This document shows, piece after piece, positions 47,450 through 57,182 of a stretch of DNA of 64,000 bases. The DNA is taken from the IMG/VR virus record IMGVR_UViG_3300012954_000007; one strand, 5' to 3'. The notes under the pieces are model-generated. The model made no database searches. It saw nothing but the letters and a program-made list of their open reading frames with translations, and had not been told where the DNA came from. The DNA comes from a virus. Each line of letters begins with the position of its first letter. The stretch's first letter is position 1. The translations under genes and the position numbers were made by a program.

Positions 47450-50400
47450 ATGGGGTTTTTAGGAAATCTAGATAAAATAAATACTCTTGAAATGTTCCTT
47501 ACTGATAAGGGTAAGGAACTCATGCTAAAAGAAAATGGTTTAGGTCTTTTTGACTTAATAACTAGATTTAGTTTAGATGATGAGGATTACGACTATAGGA
47601 GAACCAGTGAGGTATGGGTAGATGGGATATCTCCTGTCCCAGATGGTAGTTTACTTCCTTTTGGTACAACACAAGGACTCACTAATAATACTGGTGGACC
47701 AGTTTGGTTTGATAATTTAAGTGTTAATAACCCTTGTAGGTCTTGTGATGGAACCGATTGTGCTCCCCTTTCGGGAGACTGTTGGTATGATATGCCAGAT
47801 GTAAGAGGTGATAGGGGTACTAAAATAATTAGTTGTTTTTCAGAGACTGGTCAAACACAAGGAGTTAAAGCGTGTACTAATATATATGCATTTTATGATG
47901 TTACTTCAGTATCTAGAACTGATGCGGATGCGGCCAAAATAGGTTTAGAAAGTTGGTTTAGTACAGTAACGGCGACCACCTCTAATTACACAGGTAAACT
48001 ATTTCATATTGCTGTTTTTGGTGAAAGATGGATAAATACAAGTTGGTATCCATGGAATGGAAAATTAGATACTTGGGAATGGACACCATGTGGTAATGGT
48101 TATGCGGGGTCAAGTTTAGGTTATTCTTGTGGTAGCAATAGTTCTACATTTTTAGGCCCAGTCACTGGACCGACAAACCCGGCTGGGTCACCCTACTATC
48201 GAAACCCCACAACTGGTTTATATTTACAAGCAGATAATGGTACTGTTTCTGGTGTTGGTACTGGAAATTGGACAGGGTTTAATGAATTACCTCCTAATGC
48301 TAGTGTTAGTAATTACGGTAATGGTACTGGTGGTATAGCTGAATTCTGGACTACTGGATGTACTCTAGTAAGTGCAAAAAATAAGTCCGCGTATGATTAT
48401 AATCCTACATTTTCTGGTACTATACTAGGTATACCTGTTACCGCATACAGTAGTACTAATATCGTTTTTGCTACTACAGCTTTTACTGGGACTATATTTA
48501 GTGGATACACACCAAATGATTTTACAATCAGTACAACTTCTGGAATACCCGCTGCTGGGACTAGTTTAAATCTTTTTGGTACTTTACCGATAAATTTATG
48601 TGAGGATAATTGTTGTCCTGATAGAGATTATAACGGACCTGGACTTTTTGGATGTCAAGAATGTAACCCTTTTGACAATAGAATCACTAGTGGAAAAATC
48701 TATAAATATGAAAATAAAGGAACCCAGTGGACAAGTATAGTTACGGGTTCCACACCTTATACTGCAGGTACAATGGATTTTAATTTAATACAAAGTGTAG
48801 CTGACTGTGTAAAATATAGGGGGATGGACCGTAATGTACTAGTTGTTGATATTTTTGACGAAACTCAAGGTGGAGAAGACCAAGATAATTCTAGTGCAAG
48901 AGCGGGTGGTATTTTACCTTTAGGAATTAAATCCTACTATAATGGTGATTCCGGAAACCCAGCATCTTTAAATACGACAATCTTAGGAGACTCAGGTGGT
49001 GAACTAGACCCCAACTGGGGTGTAAATGACAATACTGGATATCACGGAAAATTAGTGGTTGGGGGTGTACAACAACCACCAGATTTAACTAACAACTGGG
49101 GAATTTATACTCCAGGTAATCAAATCCAAGCTAGACAACAACAACCTACAGAAGATTACAGGTACTCACAAGACCTTTTCTTAAAGACTCATGGGTTATA
49201 TGAAAATTTCCAAGGATTCATATATCCAGTAGTTCCTTTAGATAGTGGTGTTTCTGGTAACGCTACTAGTGCTAAAATGGTTTTTCCTCTTCACTTATAT
49301 GGTGCTTTATATGGAGACATTGTACCCGTATCAGAATTTCAAGACAACCCTACTGTTGTTGCTGTTGGAGGGACATTATCCGCATGTACAATTACAAATG
49401 ATTATGATGTATTAATACCAGTCACATACGACCCTAGTGGTGTGGTAGTAAGTTCACCTACTTTATACAATACAAATCCATTAAATCTACATAATTGGGA
49501 ACCTTTTGATTCTTCACAATTTACATCTGCTAATGCGATAACACCTCTATTCCCTTACACTAAAGGAATGAAAAACTTCGGGTGGGACTTTAACCCAACA
49601 GTAGGTTGTACAGGATTCCCTTGTAATGTAGGTAATATATTTAGTGGGGGAACTTTTGAAAATGACCTCAATGGTTTCATTACAGGTTCAAGTTTCTTTA
49701 TTACAACTACTTTAACAGCTTGTACCGAATGTCAATGTTTACCCGCTGTTTTCATTAATAAAAAAGGACCTATAGAAGTAATTGATGATGGTTGTCCTTG
49801 TCCAGACGGTACAATTAGTCAAGAATGTTGTGAAGGAGACCCAGACCCAGACCCAGATAATCCCATAACACAAGGTATATGTGGGCCCTTACCTGCTTCT
49901 CCTACAAATGGAGGTGGAAATTCTCAGATAATAGGACAATCGGGTGTAAGTACAAATCCACCTGAAGAACCAACGAATGATTTATACCTTCCTAAATCAT
50001 ATACTAATTTTAGAAGTGGTATAAATGATAAAGATACAGGGATAGGAGCTGATTTACCTCCTTTAAAAACAACTTCTAATTTCCATAACTATAGTTCTTT
50101 CTATACGGTAGATTTTGATATTAATTTACAACAGTATTATGAAAATAATAGTTTAAAATGGGATGTAGAATTTGTAAGTACATCTAGATATGGTGAACAT
50201 ATAATACAAGAAGGTGACGGTTCTACTTTTTACTGGTTAATAAGTTCTGGATATAAAAGTTCTAAACTAAATCCGAAAGAAACAAAAGCTTGTGTAAGTC
50301 CTACTATAGACACCATTAATTTAAATAAAAGAAATTCTAAAGGTATAAACATAGCTTACTTAAAAGGTTACTGGAATGAAAGTGAAACTGAAAAATTTAG

Positions 50401-50731
50401 TAGTATTGATAACAAATATTCATATACAATTAAAAAAGAATCTAGTGGTGGAGAAATAAAATCAGATTTATTTACAAACGGTGGTGAATATTTATTAAAT
50501 GGTCAAAATTATGTTGGTTCATATCATGTTCACCCAGATAAGGGACCGATGGTAGGTGCTTTTCATGTTTCACAACCACATGAATATTTAACACCAGTTA
50601 GTGACCCTATAGTAAAATATGAATTTTGTGTTACTATGGTTTACACATATAAAAGTAAATTATTGAAAAAAACAAAACGTTTTAGTGTAATAGGAAATAG
50701 CTACGGTTATAAATTAAATGTCAAGTCATAA
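47450..50731 (+). CDS. Tail-fibre-like protein with collar-like N-terminus, vWA-like module and His-rich C-terminal motif
   Basis: FLTDKGKELM...ITRFSLDDEDYDY at the N-terminus, AFYDVTSVS module, and YVGSYHVH...GAFH....H motif. ATG at 47450 preferred over TTG at 47447. Confidence 0.6.
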   Translation: MGFLGNLDKINTLEMFLTDKGKELMLKENGLGLFDLITRFSLDDEDYDYRRTSEVWVDGISPVPDGSLLPFGTTQGLTNNTGGPVWFDNLSVNNPCRSCDGTDCAPLSGDCWYDMPDVRGDRGTKIISCFSETGQTQGVKACTNIYAFYDVTSVSRTDADAAKIGLESWFSTVTATTSNYTGKLFHIAVFGERWINTSWYPWNGKLDTWEWTPCGNGYAGSSLGYSCGSNSSTFLGPVTGPTNPAGSPYYRNPTTGLYLQADNGTVSGVGTGNWTGFNELPPNASVSNYGNGTGGIAEFWTTGCTLVSAKNKSAYDYNPTFSGTILGIPVTAYSSTNIVFATTAFTGTIFSGYTPNDFTISTTSGIPAAGTSLNLFGTLPINLCEDNCCPDRDYNGPGLFGCQECNPFDNRITSGKIYKYENKGTQWTSIVTGSTPYTAGTMDFNLIQSVADCVKYRGMDRNVLVVDIFDETQGGEDQDNSSARAGGILPLGIKSYYNGDSGNPASLNTTILGDSGGELDPNWGVNDNTGYHGKLVVGGVQQPPDLTNNWGIYTPGNQIQARQQQPTEDYRYSQDLFLKTHGLYENFQGFIYPVVPLDSGVSGNATSAKMVFPLHLYGALYGDIVPVSEFQDNPTVVAVGGTLSACTITNDYDVLIPVTYDPSGVVVSSPTLYNTNPLNLHNWEPFDSSQFTSANAITPLFPYTKGMKNFGWDFNPTVGCTGFPCNVGNIFSGGTFENDLNGFITGSSFFITTTLTACTECQCLPAVFINKKGPIEVIDDGCPCPDGTISQECCEGDPDPDPDNPITQGICGPLPASPTNGGGNSQIIGQSGVSTNPPEEPTNDLYLPKSYTNFRSGINDKDTGIGADLPPLKTTSNFHNYSSFYTVDFDINLQQYYENNSLKWDVEFVSTSRYGEHIIQEGDGSTFYWLISSGYKSSKLNPKETKACVSPTIDTINLNKRNSKGINIAYLKGYWNESETEKFSSIDNKYSYTIKKESSGGEIKSDLFTNGGEYLLNGQNYVGSYHVHPDKGPMVGAFHVSQPHEYLTPVSDPIVKYEFCVTMVYTYKSKLLKKTKRFSVIGNSYGYKLNVKS

Positions 50732-50786
50732 TGGTTTACATTCAGGAAATAAAAATTAAGATAATTATATAATAAGAAACAATAAA

Positions 50787-52460
50787 ATGGGATATATAAC
50801 AAGTGCAACTACACAATATTTAGACCTTCACATGACGGAGAGAGGTAGGAAATTTCTATTACAAGGAAGTTTAGCGGACCAGATAGTTAAATTTGCGTTA
50901 GGTGATACAGATAAAGATTATCGTAATAGTCTAAATCTAGATTCTGGATTTGTTCCAGATGTAACAGGTAACCATAATAATTGTATTTTTGGTGTTAATG
51001 ATGGTTATGATATAAGGGACAAAATCACATACGTTGAGGGTGGTACATCCTTAAGTAACCAACAACTAATGTCTAAAATGATGGTTGGGTATACAGACCC
51101 TACGACTAACACACCAGTATGGGGTAGTAGAGTAACTACTAACTTATATATCCATGATTGGTTTACAGCACTAAGAGTAGCTGCTTTTTCTGAAATAGGA
51201 AACCATTCTTGGGCAAATCTGACACAAACTGATTTCACAGGATATTTCAATACCATATTTCAACCGTCAGGTAAAGCATGGTCTTTAAATATAGGTGGTC
51301 TTTTTGACGCGATGGAAGATAAAGGAAGAGGTGTAGGTTTATCTATAGCTAAGAAATTCTTCACACAAGAAAAAAATTCTTATGTTCCATCAAATAATCA
51401 AATTAAATTGGTTGGAGAAACAGCTTCACTATTTCCTATATTTTTTGGTGGAGCTTATGTTACCTCTCAAAATCAAGAAGTAACTTTAAAAGGCCCACAA
51501 AGAGGACTTAGAAGAAAAGCTACAACAATTTCTTCACCATTTGCTCTTACTAACAATACCTTTAAAAATATAAAAAACCAAGCTTTTGTAGGTGCTGGTG
51601 ACATGAGTTTAAGTTTAGGGTCCTACTTAGATTATGGTTATATGTTTGGTCAATTAGTAGAAAACATAACCTACTATCCATCTTATGGGTTTTATAACGA
51701 AATAGGTGGTATGTACAGTATTTTTGATGTACAAAACCCTAGTTTCAATAGCAGATTTACTCAAGGAAAAGGTAAAGATTTAAATACATTAGTACCGATG
51801 GGTAGAGCGATATTACCATTTAACCCTACTAGTAACGCATATTTCCCATTACAAACAAATCAAATTAATAGTAATAATACTACTAATTTTAAATCGGAGT
51901 CTGGTACTGCTGTAGGAATGAATTTAGCAGATAGTACAGCTCCTCTAAATACTCTAAGTAAATTTTTATCAGGAACCGCTTTATACACTATAAATAATGA
52001 AGTAAGAGGTTATGATAATGTATTTACACCTAGTAAACCTTCTGGAGAATTACGTGAACCTAGGACTGGATTAGAACTATTAATAGAACACACCATAGAT
52101 TTCTTTGATGCGTTAACTGTTGATTCTAAAACTACTAATTTTATAACTACTACAGGAGAAGGTTTAGAAAAAGAATACAACATTCCTTTCACTTTTGAGA
52201 TATGTAATAGTGAAAATTCAGCAGTGTCGGCAGCAGTATTAACCGTAAATATAAACTTTAGTTTAAAAGCTTTATTTGAAAACTTTACCTATTTAGACCC
52301 TACACCTACTAGTCCTAGAAGAATTTTAGTTTGGGATAATAGTAAAAAAGAAAATAGATTTTATGGAGCAGGTGCAGCAGCAGGAGATTATACCATAAAC
52401 CCATTAGCTTCTACCACCACAGGTGGATACGCTATATTTAATAGTAGCTCAATAACTTAA
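50787..52460 (+). CDS. Tail structural protein with collar-like N-terminus
   Basis: MTERGRKFLLQG....IVKFALGDTDKDY is paralogous to the N-termini of ORFs 44972 and 47450. Confidence 0.6.
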   Translation: MGYITSATTQYLDLHMTERGRKFLLQGSLADQIVKFALGDTDKDYRNSLNLDSGFVPDVTGNHNNCIFGVNDGYDIRDKITYVEGGTSLSNQQLMSKMMVGYTDPTTNTPVWGSRVTTNLYIHDWFTALRVAAFSEIGNHSWANLTQTDFTGYFNTIFQPSGKAWSLNIGGLFDAMEDKGRGVGLSIAKKFFTQEKNSYVPSNNQIKLVGETASLFPIFFGGAYVTSQNQEVTLKGPQRGLRRKATTISSPFALTNNTFKNIKNQAFVGAGDMSLSLGSYLDYGYMFGQLVENITYYPSYGFYNEIGGMYSIFDVQNPSFNSRFTQGKGKDLNTLVPMGRAILPFNPTSNAYFPLQTNQINSNNTTNFKSESGTAVGMNLADSTAPLNTLSKFLSGTALYTINNEVRGYDNVFTPSKPSGELREPRTGLELLIEHTIDFFDALTVDSKTTNFITTTGEGLEKEYNIPFTFEICNSENSAVSAAVLTVNINFSLKALFENFTYLDPTPTSPRRILVWDNSKKENRFYGAGAAAGDYTINPLASTTTGGYAIFNSSSIT

Positions 52461-52463
52461 GAT

Positions 52464-52949
52464 ATGTCAAACAAAACTAAAACAGTAATAGATACTTTTA
52501 TAAGTCAATTTGGAAACACCCCTAATGGTGTTACACCAGTAAAATACGGTGCGGGAACTAGTTATACCGATGCATCGGCAAGTCAAACTGGTCAAGTACC
52601 AAGTAATAACTTACATACAACAGGAGAATTAGAAGGTTCTAATTATGTAAGAACTCTATTTATTTCTGTAGAAAATGAAATTGGTGATGAAGAAAAGGAC
52701 GGAGTTAATTTACTAACATACACTCCGGCGGTAACTTATCAGAGTAATGTTAACGGAATTACTGACCCTAGATTAGTCCACAAATTACATTTCCAAGGGG
52801 CACAGTTTTTAACTTTATCGTCCGACGGAAAAAGTTTAACACCCTTAAGAAATCGAAATGTGACCACTATGGGTATAACACCAAGGTCTACAAACAGTGG
52901 TGGAATGACAGGTGGTGGTTCTACAAGCTCTGGAGGTGGAGGATATTAA
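52464..52949 (+). CDS. Hypothetical protein in the tail operon (Gly/Ser-rich C-terminus)
   Basis: 161-aa ORF ending GGGSTSSGGGGY, similar in style to the tail of ORF 2296. Confidence 0.6.
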   Translation: MSNKTKTVIDTFISQFGNTPNGVTPVKYGAGTSYTDASASQTGQVPSNNLHTTGELEGSNYVRTLFISVENEIGDEEKDGVNLLTYTPAVTYQSNVNGITDPRLVHKLHFQGAQFLTLSSDGKSLTPLRNRNVTTMGITPRSTNSGGMTGGGSTSSGGGGY

Positions 52950-52978
52950 TATAAAAATTAAAAAATAAATAAATAAAA

Positions 52979-54073
52979 ATGGATTTTAAACCCGTATCAA
53001 GTAAAACAGTAGAAAGTGAAATAGTACCATTTGGTACCTTAAACCCAGCTTTTAATGGATATAATGAAGTGCTTGGAAATAGTCTAAAAATGACAGTAGC
53101 ACAAAGAGACCCTAACAATGGGAGACCGTTTTCTAATTTGTACTCCTCATTCAATCTACCAGCAGCTAATTTTGTAGTTAACTCTTGGGATATTGAGTGG
53201 AGTTCTAACGCTTTACAACAAATTGAAAATGATGATAATGTTGTAGTAATAGAAATACCTAAAAATAGTTATGGTGAATTAATAGATGGTAGAACAATAA
53301 AACTAACTTTACCTTACATTACTGGTGGTACTTTTGATTGTTATAGTTCTTATTATTTAGCTTATAACGCCTCTAGTGACCCTAGTCAAGAAGCTGAATA
53401 TTTTGGACATACTTCAGCTTTAAATTTAGGGTATAGTAATCCAGATGTGGAAACACCTAGTACAAATGTGGCTTTTTTATTTTCTGATAAATTTCGTGAA
53501 CCAGCTGGTGGAGGAAGTTGGTCAGATGGTTATACCACATCTTCACCTCCTGCAGGTTATCCTGACGCTACCACGTTTTTTAGTTTTAGTCAGGATAAAA
53601 AAGTGGCTCTTAGTTCATCTGGAGCAACAACAGGTCTAGACGAACCGATAGGTATATGTTATTTAGACAAAGGATTTATCGTTATAACTGATTCTGGGGT
53701 TACTCAAAGTATTAACTGGTCAGCTTCAACTATGGGTACTGGATATACATACAGTGCGTTAACCCAAGTTAGTTTCGCTTCTGACGCCTCTCTTACTTTC
53801 TATAGTTTTGAAAAACAATGGGTTTTAAATGTATTATGTGAAGCAAATCCACAAGAGTTTGGAGTTACAAAAAATCCTACTGCAGCAGATTTAAATCCTA
53901 CCGTTAATGCAAATGGTGAATACGAGTTATTTTCTGTTAACAAACCTGTTTACATTAGTGAAGTTGGGTTGTATGATACTGATGGGAATATGTTAGCAAT
54001 AGCTAAACCCGATAAACCAGTAGAAAAGTATTATAACAATCCATCCTACTTTAATTTGAAATTTAGATTTTAA
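52979..54073 (+). CDS. Tail-collar-like protein (C-terminal half motif)
   Basis: C-terminal PVYISEVGLYDTDGNMLAIAKPDKP...LKFRF is paralogous to the C-terminus of ORF 44972. Confidence 0.6.
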   Translation: MDFKPVSSKTVESEIVPFGTLNPAFNGYNEVLGNSLKMTVAQRDPNNGRPFSNLYSSFNLPAANFVVNSWDIEWSSNALQQIENDDNVVVIEIPKNSYGELIDGRTIKLTLPYITGGTFDCYSSYYLAYNASSDPSQEAEYFGHTSALNLGYSNPDVETPSTNVAFLFSDKFREPAGGGSWSDGYTTSSPPAGYPDATTFFSFSQDKKVALSSSGATTGLDEPIGICYLDKGFIVITDSGVTQSINWSASTMGTGYTYSALTQVSFASDASLTFYSFEKQWVLNVLCEANPQEFGVTKNPTAADLNPTVNANGEYELFSVNKPVYISEVGLYDTDGNMLAIAKPDKPVEKYYNNPSYFNLKFRF

Positions 54074-54667
54074 ATGGCATTAAAAAAAGAACCTAAAATT
54101 TTAGGATTAGATGTCTCAACTAAAACAATTGGTTGGGCATTATTTGGTATTAATTCACAAAATTTACTTGAATTAACACATTTTTCTCCCAGAGTAAGTC
54201 CTAGACCTGAAGATAAAATAGAAGAGTTACTCAAAAAATCTGTTGCTTTTGAAGAAAAATTAAAAGAAGTAAAAGATTATAATATTATTAAAGTTGTAAT
54301 AGAAGAACCATTATTAACATCAAATAATATTTACACTGTTAGTTCTTTATTGAGGTATAATTCTATGATAGTTAAAACAGTTTATGATGTTTTAGGTATT
54401 GTACCTAACTTTATATCTACCTATAATTCTAGAAAATTTGCACATCCTTCCCTTTACAGTTACAATGATAAAGGTAAGAAAGTTTTATTTGGAGGTTTTC
54501 CTAAAGGGTGTGATAAAAAACATTTGGTGTGGGAGTTAGTTAAAAATGATGAACCACAGATAGTTTGGCCATATGCGAGAACAGGTAATCTTAAGAAAGA
54601 GTGTTACGATATGTCAGACGCTTATACTTGTGTTAAAGGTTACATGACTCAAAACGAAATCTGGTAA
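54074..54667 (+). CDS. ruvC: RuvC-like Holliday junction resolvase
   Basis: ILGLDVSTKTIGWA, VVIEEP and DMSDAY acidic motifs. 197 aa. Confidence 0.82.
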   Translation: MALKKEPKILGLDVSTKTIGWALFGINSQNLLELTHFSPRVSPRPEDKIEELLKKSVAFEEKLKEVKDYNIIKVVIEEPLLTSNNIYTVSSLLRYNSMIVKTVYDVLGIVPNFISTYNSRKFAHPSLYSYNDKGKKVLFGGFPKGCDKKHLVWELVKNDEPQIVWPYARTGNLKKECYDMSDAYTCVKGYMTQNEIW

Positions 54668-54695
54668 TTGACATTTCATTTGTAAATGTTATATT
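54668..54695 (+). promoter_or_regulatory. Sigma70-like promoter for the primase block
   Basis: TTGACA (54668-73), 16-nt spacer, TATATT (54690-95) with an extended TG. ATG follows at 54702. Confidence 0.6.
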
Positions 54696-54701
54696 TAACA
54701 G

Positions 54702-55625
54702 ATGGAAGACTACAATCTCATAATTGAAATATTAGAAGACATTTTAGGTGATTCACAAAGACATCACCCAGGAAAAGGACAAATTGCTTTTGATTGTCCC
54801 GTATGTTCGTATGATATAAAAGGACTAGATTGTGGAGACGGCAAATCTAACCTAGAAGTGAACTATCACATGGGGGTATATAAATGTTGGTCCTGTGCTG
54901 AAACCCACTACACCAAGGGTAGATTAGGTAAGTTAATTAAAAAATGGGGTACCCCCACACACCTAAGAGATTTTGAATTATTAAGTCCAGAAGATTTCCA
55001 TTATAAAAACACCAAATACAATAGTAAATTAAAATTACCTATAGGTTACTCACCACTTACTGATGTTTCACCACACGATTTAAATGCTAAACAAGTTTGG
55101 AACTATCTTAGAAAAAGAAATATTAGTAAACAAATTGTAGAAAAATATAAGATTGGATTTACTACAGAAGGTGAGTATAAATTTAGAGTAATCGTCCCTT
55201 CTTATAATATTAAAGACGAACTACAATTTTTTATAGCTAGAAGTTATGTTAATAGTAAATTAAAATATAAAAATCCTGAACAAGAAAAAAGTAACTTAAT
55301 ATTTAATGAAGGACATATTGATTGGTGTAAAGACATTTATTTAGTTGAAGGTGTATTTGATATGTTTTTTGTTGAAAATAGTATACCATTATTAGGTAAA
55401 GTGGTTTCCGACAATCTATGGCAAAGATTATATGAAGAGTCTAAAGCAAATATTATAATTTGTTTGGATGGTGACGCTTGGGATGATGCGGTAAAACTTT
55501 ACGAAAAAATAAACGGAGGAAAACTCAGAGGTAGAATAAAAATAGTTAAACTACCAGATAATAGGGATATAGCCGATTTAAAAGGGGAAATAAATCCTGA
55601 TAATATATTAGAATTACATAAATAA
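54702..55625 (+). CDS. dnaG: DNA primase (Zn finger + TOPRIM)
   Basis: CPVC...KCWSC, YLRKRNI, YKIGF, ARSY, KYKNP, LVEGVFD, CLDGDA. Confidence 0.9.
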   Translation: MEDYNLIIEILEDILGDSQRHHPGKGQIAFDCPVCSYDIKGLDCGDGKSNLEVNYHMGVYKCWSCAETHYTKGRLGKLIKKWGTPTHLRDFELLSPEDFHYKNTKYNSKLKLPIGYSPLTDVSPHDLNAKQVWNYLRKRNISKQIVEKYKIGFTTEGEYKFRVIVPSYNIKDELQFFIARSYVNSKLKYKNPEQEKSNLIFNEGHIDWCKDIYLVEGVFDMFFVENSIPLLGKVVSDNLWQRLYEESKANIIICLDGDAWDDAVKLYEKINGGKLRGRIKIVKLPDNRDIADLKGEINPDNILELHK

Positions 55626-55626
55626 T

Positions 55627-56403
55627 ATGGATATAAGTGTAGAATTAAGTGTGTTTAATAACATAAAATATTTTGACGAACCACACAAATATTATATAGA
55701 TGGGGAGGAAATGAATTCTGTGACAAGAGTCATAGGAATGTTTAAACAAAAATTTGACAGTGACTATTGGTCAGAAAAAAAAGCAAAAGAAAGAGGTATA
55801 GCTAAAGATGAAATCTTAGCTGAATGGAAATATAAGGCAGATTATTCCTGTGAAAAAGGTACTTTATTTCACGAATATGCAGAAAATTATTTAAACAATA
55901 AAGTATTCCCATACGATAACACACGTATTAAAAAATTATTAGGGGAAGGAGAAACAGACGTTAAAAAAGATTTTGATAAAATCAAAGACATGTTCCATAA
56001 GTTTTATGAAGACTGTTATGGGAAACTCATACCGATTAAATCAGAAGTTATTGTTGGAGACGAAGGATTTAAAATATGTGGGATGGTCGACCAGTTATTC
56101 TGGAATAATAAAGCTGACGAATTACAAATTTGGGATTGGAAAACTAATAAAGAGATTAAGAGGAATAATAGATGGCAACAATTTAAAGAACCAATATCAC
56201 ATTTAGATGTCTGTGAATTTAACACTTATTCACTACAATTATCCTTATACAAATATTTGATAGAAAAAAATACTAATCTAAAACTAGGGGATTCCTATAT
56301 AGTATGGTTTAATGAAAAAAATGAAACATACGAACCGATAAAGTGTAGAGATTATAGAGAAGAAGTTGTATCATTAATAGAAGAATTTAACAAAACATTA
56401 TGA
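55627..56403 (+). CDS. PD-(D/E)XK family exonuclease (RecB/Cas4-like fold, no Fe-S Cys set)
   Basis: SVT, GTLFHEYAE, SE....., GMVD, WDWKT and YSLQLSLY motifs. Confidence 0.82.
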   Translation: MDISVELSVFNNIKYFDEPHKYYIDGEEMNSVTRVIGMFKQKFDSDYWSEKKAKERGIAKDEILAEWKYKADYSCEKGTLFHEYAENYLNNKVFPYDNTRIKKLLGEGETDVKKDFDKIKDMFHKFYEDCYGKLIPIKSEVIVGDEGFKICGMVDQLFWNNKADELQIWDWKTNKEIKRNNRWQQFKEPISHLDVCEFNTYSLQLSLYKYLIEKNTNLKLGDSYIVWFNEKNETYEPIKCRDYREEVVSLIEEFNKTL

Positions 56404-57182
56404 TTGAAAAAATAATACATTTTTCTGACTTACACATAAAGTTATATAAAGACCACCAACAGTATCAAGAGATACTATCTCACTGCTTTAAAGAGTGGGC
56501 AGATTTAAAACCTGACCGTATAGTTTTTACAGGAGATTTAGTACACTCTAAAAATCAAATGACCCCAGAGTTAATTAATATGGTTACCTGGGTTCTTTCT
56601 CAATGTAGTGTCATTTGCCCCACGATAATATTGATAGGAAATCACGATTTTCTTGAAAATAATTTAGATAGGGTAGACGCTATTTCACCTATTATTAACA
56701 CTATGGATAATCCAGATATTATGTATTTTAAGTCACCAGGGGTAGAAGAAGATGAGAATATAAATTGGATTGTATACTCCCTTATGGACCACAACAAAAG
56801 ACCTGATTTTAATCCAGACCCAGATAAAGTAAATATAGGTTTATTTCATGGACCTATACAAGGATTAGTCACTGATATGGGATTTGCTTTTGATGATGGC
56901 TATAACACTAACGAATTTAGAGGTTGTGACCTAGTACTAGCGGGTGATATACACAAACACCAAGTGTTGGATATCCCCAACGGTAAAAAAGCATATATGG
57001 TTGGGTCCTTAATCCAACAAAATTTCGGAGAAAACGTACGCAAACACGGATATGGAATTTATGACGTTAAAGAAGATGAATATAAATTCATTGAAGTAAG
57101 TAACTCCTCACCCTATTTAAATTTTAAAATAAAAGATATAACTGACATTGAGAATGGAAAAGAAAAACTCACCAACTTCTAA
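56400..57182 (+). CDS. sbcD: SbcD/Mre11-like metallophosphoesterase nuclease (T4 gp47-like), nuclease domain only
   Basis: SDLH, TGDLVH, GNHD, FHG, GDIHK and GSL.QQNFGE motifs. Confidence 0.9.
   Translation: MIEKIIHFSDLHIKLYKDHQQYQEILSHCFKEWADLKPDRIVFTGDLVHSKNQMTPELINMVTWVLSQCSVICPTIILIGNHDFLENNLDRVDAISPIINTMDNPDIMYFKSPGVEEDENINWIVYSLMDHNKRPDFNPDPDKVNIGLFHGPIQGLVTDMGFAFDDGYNTNEFRGCDLVLAGDIHKHQVLDIPNGKKAYMVGSLIQQNFGENVRKHGYGIYDVKEDEYKFIEVSNSSPYLNFKIKDITDIENGKEKLTNF

Noticed and set aside
29030-50731. Diversity-generating retroelement acting on fibre genes
   Set aside because: No reverse transcriptase and no near-identical TR/VR pair noticed. The shared modules are diverged protein-level paralogues.
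18810-54073. Bacterial extracellular contractile injection system or tailocin locus
   Set aside because: The genes are interleaved with a phage-type replisome, recombination genes and RNR, so a phage genome is more parsimonious.
54074-54667. RuvC domain as TnpB/Cas12 or a transposase
   Set aside because: Only 197 aa, with no Zn ribbon, HTH or flanking IS ends. It fits a stand-alone resolvase.
55627-56403. Possible CRISPR-associated Cas4
   Set aside because: No four-Cys Fe-S set, no cas genes and no repeat-spacer array seen. The context is primase/SbcCD recombination.
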